Source: Breoghania sp.
Lineage (GTDB): Bacteria; Pseudomonadota; Alphaproteobacteria; Rhizobiales; Stappiaceae
Direction: 5' to 3'
Assembly: GCF_030066895.1 (NCBI RefSeq)
Contig: NZ_JASJAV010000017.1
Span: 74,026 to 138,025 of the forward strand
Length of the DNA: 64,000 bases
This document shows, in pieces, positions 56,533 to 64,000 of this stretch. A program made the translations under genes and the position numbers. The notes beneath the pieces were generated by a model. It made no database searches. It saw only the letters and a list, made by a program, of their open reading frames with translations, and had not been told where the DNA came from. Every line of letters begins with the position of its first letter. Within the stretch, counting starts at the first letter, position 1.

Positions 56533-57294
56533 TCACTTCCCGTCGGCACGGATCCAGCCCTGCGGACCCAGATGCTCCTGCGGCTGAAAGCGGGTCTTGT
56601 ATTCCATCTTCTTGGAGCCCGGCACCCAATAGCCGAGATAGACGTAAGGCAGCCCCATCTTCCGCGCGCGCTCGATGTGATCGAGGATCAGGTAGGTGCC
56701 GAAGGAGACGTGGCGGATGTCCGGGTCGAAGAACGAATAGACCATCGACAACCCGTCCGAGAGCACGTCCGTAAATGCGGCGGCCACGAGCGGGCCTTCG
56801 CCGCGATCCTCCTCGCTGAGGTCGGGACGGTTGTCGGCGCGATGGCGGTATTCGACCACGATCGTGTCGACATGGGTGTCTTCGATCATCAGGGCATAGT
56901 CGAGAAGCCGCATGTCGGCCATGCCGTCTTCGCCGTGACGGGCCGCCAGGTAGCGGCGAAAAAGCTCGTACCGTTCGGTCGAGGGAGTGGGTGGCTCCTC
57001 GCGCCCGACAAAGGCGCGTGCCGCATTGCGGGCGCGGCGCAGCGAGCGCGTGTAGTCGAACTCGTCGACCAGAATGCGCACCGATGTGCAGGAGCGGCAG
57101 GTATCGCAGGCCGGACGGTAGGCGATGTTCTGCGAGCGACGGAATCCGCCATGGGTCAGAACGTCGTTGAGAAACGTCGCGCGCTCCCCCACCAGATGCG
57201 TGAAGACCTTGCGTTCCTCTTGATCCGGCAGGTACGGACATGGTGCCGGTGCCGTCAGATGGAATTGCGGATTATCTGTAATGGGCTTTGTCAT
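56533..57294 (-). CDS. bpt: Bacterial arginyltransferase-like Asp/Glu leucyltransferase (N-degron pathway)
   Basis: [62 protein letters not shown]. Intact. Confidence 0.92.
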   Translation of the reverse strand: MTKPITDNPQFHLTAPAPCPYLPDQEERKVFTHLVGERATFLNDVLTHGGFRRSQNIAYRPACDTCRSCTSVRILVDEFDYTRSLRRARNAARAFVGREEPPTPSTERYELFRRYLAARHGEDGMADMRLLDYALMIEDTHVDTIVVEYRHRADNRPDLSEEDRGEGPLVAAAFTDVLSDGLSMVYSFFDPDIRHVSFGTYLILDHIERARKMGLPYVYLGYWVPGSKKMEYKTRFQPQEHLGPQGWIRADGK

Positions 57295-57451
57295 TGCCCG
57301 CGTCTCGCACCGAAATCAACATGTCAAAATTGTCAAATTATCATCCGAATTATACCGTAAGGTTATGAAACAGAACGGAAAAACAAAATACGAGGAAAAC
57401 GCGCAGGTCAAAATGTCTGACCCCGACGCCGCAATCTGCGCTCCCTTGTAT

Positions 57452-59281
57452 TCAGAAGCTATAATACCACGGCGCGAGTAATGAGAAAGACAGCCAAATG
57501 ACCAACACGAGCGGTGTTCCGGCGCGCAGGAAATCGGAAAACCGGTAGTGGCCCGGGCCCATCACGATCAGGTTCGTCTGATAGCCGATGGGGGTGGCGA
57601 AGGAGCAGTTGGCCGCAAAGATCAGGCACGTGGCGAAGGCGTTGACGTCGACGCCCGTGCGCGCCGCCATGTTGACGGCGATGGGCGCGAAAAGGACGGC
57701 GGTCGCGTTGTTCGACAGCACGTTCGTGAGCGCCGCGATCAGCAGGAACATCATGGACAGGATGACGGCCGGCGACTGGCCGGACATGGCGTCCATTAGC
57801 CCTTCGGCGACGAACTGTGCACCGCCGGTGCGTTCCAGCGCGGTGGCGGCGGCCAGCGAGGCGCCGATCAGCATGAAAATGCGGCTGTCGAGTGCGCGCA
57901 TCGCCTGACGCACGTTCAGGCAGCCGAACATCATCATCGCCAACGCGCCAGTAATCGCGGCCGTGACGATGGGCACCGCGCCGCTTGCCGCGGCCGCCAC
58001 CACGGCAACGAAGATCGCCAGTGCGCGCGGGGCGTAGCGGCGCTTGGGCACCTCGGCGGTGGACCAGTCCATCAGCAGCACATCGCGATTGCCGCGCAAC
58101 GACTGGATGTCTTCGTGCTCGCCCGCCAGCAGCAGCACGTCGCCGGCTTCCAGACGGATATCGGTCATCGCCATGCGCGGCATGCGGCTGCGGCGCTGCA
58201 GGCCCATGACAACGCAGTTCGATTCCGCCTTGAGGCTCGATTGCGCCGTGGTGCGCCCGATCATGCGCGAGCCGGGCGCCACCACCGCTTCGGCCAATGA
58301 GACGGCGCCGTCGGGCAGGGCGTGTTCGTCATCGGAGACTTCGCCGTTGTGGCCGGAGCGCACGATCGGCTTGCGCAACGACAGCGCCTTGGTCAGCGTC
58401 TGACGGGTGGCTGCGACGATGATCGTATCGCCCGGCTGCAGCTCCACCCCCTCGAAGGGCGGCAGGAACGGTTTTTCGCCGCGCTGGACGAGGCGCACCG
58501 TCATGTCGTGCAAGGACGGGAACATGCCTTTGACGGGCTTTGCGCCGACCAGCGGGTGATTGTAGGTGATCGGGATTTGGGCGATGAACTGCTTGCCGTC
58601 GGCCGGGGCCTGGATTTCGTCGGCCATGGTCTTTCGCGGCGTCAGCAGGTAGGGCATCATGAAGATGATGTAGAACGAGCCGATGAAGGCCAGCATCACG
58701 CCGAGCGGCGTGAACGAGAAGAAGCCGATGGTGATGCCGCTGGTCCGTCCCGCGACATCTGCCGCCAGCAGGTTGGTGGACGAACCGATCAACGTCGTCA
58801 TGCCGCCCAGGATGGCGATGGAGGACAGCGGCATCAGCACCCGCGAGGCCGAGGTCCCCGCAGCCGCGGCCACGGCCGCCAGAACCGGCAGGAACATCAC
58901 CACAACCGGCGTGTTGTTCAAAAAGGCGGAGATGACGGCGACGCCGATCAGGATGGGCGTGACCGGTCGAAGCCTGATCCGGCGAAAGCCGCCCAGCACG
59001 ACCTGGGTCGGCTTTTCTAGCGCATCGGTCTGAAACAGCGCCTGACCGACGACGAGCAGCGCCATGATGGTGATGAGCGCGGGATTGGCGAAGCCCATCA
59101 GCAATTCGCGTGGGCCGAGCGGGGTCGGACCCTGATAGGGAAAAACGGTGAAGATGAGCACGAAGGCAACGACAGAGCCCAACGCCGTGAACTCGATCGG
59201 AAACCGTTCCCAGGCATAGAGCAGAATCGTTCCGGCGATCACCACGAAGGTGAGTGTCATCTGGATATCGGCAACCGTCAT
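57452..59281 (-). CDS. SLC13/CitT-like permease with TrkA-C domains
   Basis: SAFLNNTPVV, LGG.TTLIGSSTNL, central TrkA-C repeats (L.PGD), LTNVLSNNATAVL, FATPIGYQTNL..MGPG.YRF.DF. Intact. Confidence 0.92.
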   Translation of the reverse strand: MTVADIQMTLTFVVIAGTILLYAWERFPIEFTALGSVVAFVLIFTVFPYQGPTPLGPRELLMGFANPALITIMALLVVGQALFQTDALEKPTQVVLGGFRRIRLRPVTPILIGVAVISAFLNNTPVVVMFLPVLAAVAAAAGTSASRVLMPLSSIAILGGMTTLIGSSTNLLAADVAGRTSGITIGFFSFTPLGVMLAFIGSFYIIFMMPYLLTPRKTMADEIQAPADGKQFIAQIPITYNHPLVGAKPVKGMFPSLHDMTVRLVQRGEKPFLPPFEGVELQPGDTIIVAATRQTLTKALSLRKPIVRSGHNGEVSDDEHALPDGAVSLAEAVVAPGSRMIGRTTAQSSLKAESNCVVMGLQRRSRMPRMAMTDIRLEAGDVLLLAGEHEDIQSLRGNRDVLLMDWSTAEVPKRRYAPRALAIFVAVVAAAASGAVPIVTAAITGALAMMMFGCLNVRQAMRALDSRIFMLIGASLAAATALERTGGAQFVAEGLMDAMSGQSPAVILSMMFLLIAALTNVLSNNATAVLFAPIAVNMAARTGVDVNAFATCLIFAANCSFATPIGYQTNLIVMGPGHYRFSDFLRAGTPLVLVIWLSFSLLAPWYYSF

Positions 59282-59545
59282 TCGTCGCCCGCCTGCACTC
59301 GCTTCCCCTGAGCGTTGAACGCATCGAGCCCTTCAGCCCCCTTCGTCGGGAACGAAGGCGGTTCCCCGTTGCGTCTCATCTCGTTCAAAAACCTCCATTC
59401 AACCCTTGCCGGGTCGATGATGCCATCCGTTACGCTGCCCGCGAACGGCCGTGTGAAATCCGCTCCTCCGATTTCGCGATTCCCCGGATCGGCATGAGCC
59501 TGACCCAAACGGGTAGCCGCTTCAATCGACAGGTGCAAGCGCCGT

Positions 59546-60031
59546 TCAGAAGCTCCGCGACAGTGCCGCTGAGTTAACGATGATGCTGCCCAGAATGATA
59601 TCGTGAAGAAGCCGCTTCTTATTGGAAAACAGCGAAACCAGCAGCACGAGCGGCGTGATCATGGTGACGGAAACCCAGAACAGCACCACGTGGACACCAG
59701 CCAGAAGTGGGCTCGACCTGCTGCCGTCGTGAAGACGCATCTCGACGCCGAAGGCGCGCATGCCGGGGGTGGCTGCTTCCGGTCCACCCAGCGTGAAGGC
59801 GGTGTAGAGAATGGCGACGCCCTGCCACAGGAAGGCATAGACGAGCCAGCCGAGGCCGAGGGTAAAGATGTCGACAAAGAAGACGATCACACCGGCGACG
59901 GAGGTGAGGATCGCGATGGCGATCGCGTCGATCAGGAAGGCGAAGATGCGCTTGGTGCGCACGCCCTCATACAGCGCCATGTATTCCAGCGGATCGGGGG
60001 CGGAAAGCGCGTCCGGTTCGACGGTGCTCAT
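59546..60031 (-). CDS. RDD-family membrane protein
   Basis: Y.GVRTKRIFAFLID, ATPGMR, KRLLHDI. Usual neighbour of bpt and hemB. Intact. Confidence 0.9.
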   Translation of the reverse strand: MSTVEPDALSAPDPLEYMALYEGVRTKRIFAFLIDAIAIAILTSVAGVIVFFVDIFTLGLGWLVYAFLWQGVAILYTAFTLGGPEAATPGMRAFGVEMRLHDGSRSSPLLAGVHVVLFWVSVTMITPLVLLVSLFSNKKRLLHDIILGSIIVNSAALSRSF

Positions 60032-60223
60032 GATCTGACGTCCTTGCGGATCAGGGGCCGGGTTCAGGGTCTCGTTAGGAAACTGGGGCTTGCGGGCCGG
60101 TTTTTCAATCGTTTGACGCGTTTGAAATCACGCCACGGGAATGACAGTCAGGAACGAAACGCGCCTGATCTGGACGCCTCGCCTCGGCCGAACTCCGCCT
60201 CGGTTCCGCTCACCCTCACATTC

Positions 60224-60312
60224 CGTCATTGCCCGGCTTTAGTCTGGGTAATCCAGCAGTCTCAGCGTGTATTGAGGGTGCTGGATCCCCCGGACTACGC
60301 CGGGGGATGATG
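60224..60312. repeat. REP-like doublet, family GTCATTGCCCGG...CTGGATCCCCCGG...GGGATGA
   Basis: cgtcattgcccggc...gggtaatccagca ... tgctggatcccccgg...ccgggggatgatgg nested palindromes. Confidence 0.7.
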
Positions 60313-60362
60313 GTGAGAGGGCGTCAAAGAGCCGAAAATGCGTTCGGAACCAACGGTTCGTC

Positions 60363-61612
60363 TCAGCCCGCCGTCTCGGCCGCATCGACGCGCTTCACCG
60401 TGTAGCCGCGCTTCTCGATGGCGCCGATGATCTCTTCGGCGTGCTCGTTGTCGCGCGTTTCCATGGTGATATCGAGGATCGCGCCCTTGGCGGGCACATC
60501 GAGGAAGCGGCGGTGGTGGGCGACTTCCACCACGTTGCCGTCCATCTCGCCGACGAGCGAGGTGATTTCGCCCAAAACACCCGGACGATCCGGAATGGCG
60601 ATGCGGATCGCCACCATCCGGCCCTCGCGGGCAAGCTCGCGTACGATGATGGAGGCGAGAAGCTGTGGATCGATGTTGCCGCCCCACAGAACAAGCCCGA
60701 CACGCTTGCCCCAGAATTCCTCCGGCTCCTGCAACAGGGCGGCAAGCCCGGCCGCGCCCGCGCCTTCGGCAACCGTCTTCTGTAGCGCCAGGAAGGCGTT
60801 GACGGCCCGCTCGATGGCCGCTTCCTCCACCAGCACGATATCGTCGACGAGTGCGCCTGCGATCTGTCCCGTCAGCGCTCCGACATTCTTGACCGCGATG
60901 CCCTCGGCCAGCGTGTTGCCACCGCAGCGCGGCTCGGTGCCGTGAAGCGTGGCGTACATGGAGGGGTAGAGCGCGGCCTCCACGCCGATGATCTTGATTT
61001 CGGGCGCCAGCGCCTTGGCGGTAATTGCGATGCCGGAAATCAGCCCGCCGCCGCCGATCGGCACGACGAGGGCATCGAGATCCTTGTTCTTCTCCAGCAT
61101 CTCCAGCGCGATGGTGCCCTGACCGGCAATGACGCGCTTGTCGTCATAGGGATGGACGAGGGTGAGGTTGCGCTCCTTGATTAGGCGTTCCACCTCGATC
61201 TGGGAATCGGCAATCGTCTCGCCCGCCAGCACAACTTCCGCCTCGTGCGAGCGGGTGGCGGCGACTTTCACATGCGGGGTCGTCTTCGGCATAACGATGA
61301 CGGTCGGAATGCCGAGCCGTGCGGCGTGATAGGCAACCGCCTGGGCGTGTTTTCCCGCCGACATGGCGATGATGCCGCGCGCGCGTTCCTCCTCTGTGAG
61401 CGAAAGCATCTTCAAGGAGCGCGTCGCGCTCCTTGAAGATGACGTATTGCTGGTTCGCGAACTTCACCCAGACGTCCGCGCCGGTCAGTCGCGAGAGGCT
61501 GGGGGCGGGAAAGAAGGGCGTGTGCACCCACCTGCCCCTCGATAAGCCGTGCCGCCTCGCGAATGTCTTCAAGCGTGACGGGAAGGGGAGCGGAGGCAGG
61601 ATCTGAAGACAC
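60363..61612 (-). pseudogene. Threonine/serine ammonia-lyase with C-terminal ACT domain, 5' frameshifts
   Basis: SAGKHAQ (consensus SAGNHAQ), GQGT, PIGGGGLISG, EGAGAAGLAA, GGNID, ACT IPDRPGVL. The N-terminus (VTLEDIREAARLI; TPFFPAP; FKER) is spread over three frames, with shifts near 61530 and 61420-61445. Confidence 0.85.
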
Positions 61613-61741
61613 GGCGGCACCGAGGGAGGGAAAAAGGTTGTCGATACCGCGATGTGCCACCAAAGGATGGCCGTGGCAAGGCCGGGTTACTGCGCCCGTA
61701 GCCTCCCTAAAGAATGCCGATACGGAACCTCGTGGCGACGC

Positions 61742-62409
61742 TCAACTGGCGGCAAGGCTCGCAAGCGTGCTGGCGAGCATCAGCAGCGCGAAGGCGACGT
61801 TGATCAGGCGGTAATGCGCGGGGTGCGCACGACATAGGAAAGCAGCCGCCCGCCCGCGACCCAGCAGAAGTTCATAGCGCCGCCCAGAAAGAAGAACGTC
61901 AGCCCGATCACCGTCGCATCCGCGCCGTAGTGTTGCGGTGAGGTGAATTGCGAGATCGCTGCGATCTGCATGGCGTAGGTCTTGGGATTGAGCGGATGGA
62001 TCCAGAACCCGTGCAGGAAACCGGGCGCCGCCGCCTGTCGTTCGGTCGTTCCTTCGCCGGGGTCCTTGTCGGCGCCGGGTGAGGGAGAGGGCGCTGCTGC
62101 GGGAACGGGCGCCGTGGCGATGAGCCAGGCGAGATAGGTGATGTAGGCGATCTTCAACCCCTGCCACAGGAGCGGAACGCCGGAAAGCATGGCAAGCAGC
62201 CCGGCGGCCGCGAGGCAGAAGGTAAGCGTGAAGCCGAAAAGCGAGCCCGCAAGGAAGGGCAGGGTGTGCGCGATGCTGTGCGAGCCGCTGACGGCGACGA
62301 ACGCCATGTTCGCCGGACCCGGCGTTTCCGTCAGCGCCATGACGTAAAAGGCAAGGAGCAGAAAGCGGTCCGCAGGCATCAGCGCGGAGAGAAACGTGTC
62401 GGCGAACAT
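61742..62409 (-). pseudogene. LysE-family exporter with 3' frameshift
   Basis: TPGPANM, G.L.GF, LKIAYI.YL.WL, NPKT. The last TM helix (LINVAFALLML) is in another frame after a shift near 61830. Confidence 0.75.
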
Positions 62410-62483
62410 GGCAAAACGCCTCGTCGGCAAGGTCCTCGCCCGGCAATGGCCTGCGTGACGCGCTTGAGGAGCGGGATCTCTCC

Positions 62484-63524
<1,041 letters not shown>

Positions 63525-63634
63525 GGTCAGGCTCCGATAGCGGCATGTTTCTCCCAGTGAGGCATGGTGTAGCACCATGCAGCAGGTGGGGAAACCGGAT
63601 TGGAGGTAGATCTGTCGGATTTCCGGGAGGGAGG

Positions 63635-63794
63635 GGATTGGAATGTGGGGCCCATCCTTCGAGACGGCGCTTTGCGCCTCTTCAGGATGACGTTATCGTG
63701 TTGCTCGCTTCTGCAGAGCCATCAACACGATAACGTCATCCTGAGGAGCGCTCGCAAGAGCGCGTATCGAAGGATAGGCCACACATTCCAATCC
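63635..63794. repeat. REP/MITE-like inverted doublet (copy C, most complete palindrome)
   Basis: ggattggaatgtg-gggcccatccttcgagacg...caggatgacgttatcgtgttg / caacacgataacgtcatcctg...tcgaaggat-aggcc-acacattccaatcc. Confidence 0.88.
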
Positions 63795-63892
63795 AACTCC
63801 CCACACCTCATGTTTGATTGACGCTTTCCGCATCGGCAGATATCTCCGGGGCCGACAAGAGGACCCATCGATCCGGCAGTGAGGAGACGGGG

Positions 63893-64000
63893 ATGGACTT
63901 TGCTCTGAGCGAAGAGCAGCGCGCCTTTCAGGAAATGGCGGGCGATTTCGCGCGTGAGGAAATGGAACCCCATGCGCACGAATGGGACGAGACCTCGACC
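63893..64000 (+). CDS. Acyl-CoA dehydrogenase, 5' fragment (runs off the window)
   Basis: MDFALSEEQRAFQEMAGDFAREEMEPHAHEWDE, a typical ACAD N-terminus. Confidence 0.85.
   Translation, partial: MDFALSEEQRAFQEMAGDFAREEMEPHAHEWDETST

Noticed and set aside
57315-57340. tgtcaaaat-tgtcaaat direct repeat as a Pho box
   Set aside because: Period is 9 bp, not the 11 bp PhoB requires.

Overview
A 64-kb chromosomal segment from a GC-rich alphaproteobacterium. Gene content, gene order and repeat families point to Hyphomicrobiales (Rhizobiales); the exact taxon cannot be assigned from the sequence alone. The dominant signal is selective genome erosion. About 20 kb of core and biosynthetic genes (gatB, opgG/opgH, dapA, smpB, parC, recO, era, rnc, lepB, pdxJ, pyrE, spoT/rsh, rpoZ, UDG, bpt, an SLC13 permease, hemB) carry no reading-frame lesion. 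Roughly 20 accessory genes are broken by nonsense codons, frameshifts, micro-duplications and micro-deletions: FliK-like, DUF2147, Sel1, two LysR, MFS, most of a peptide ABC transporter, padC, a peroxiredoxin, a sigma54-type regulator, alpha-2-macroglobulin, pbpC, a second porin, Slt70, an MCP, DUF2062, a threonine dehydratase and LysE. Inferred nonsense lesions are mostly G:C->A:T transitions, and even intact essential genes show apparent Arg->Cys/Trp drift. This fits a recently host-restricted or symbiotic lineage (or a mutator), not random sequencing error and not genetic-code reassignment. No IS element, integrase, prophage or CRISPR array was recognised. Other points of interest: a multi-repeat FliK-like protein coupled to a stand-alone FlhB-C protein; a tandemly duplicated, unrecognised MCP sensor module (GYGGMIHQFKNYVLR); a porin pair with near-identical N-terminal tracts; a Bacillota-like LysR/USP/MFS cassette beside tRNA-Ser(GCT); an empty acpS slot; a possible 16.7-kb inversion; and three families of REP/MITE-like palindromes. 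All family assignments come from motif recognition only; no database search was run.
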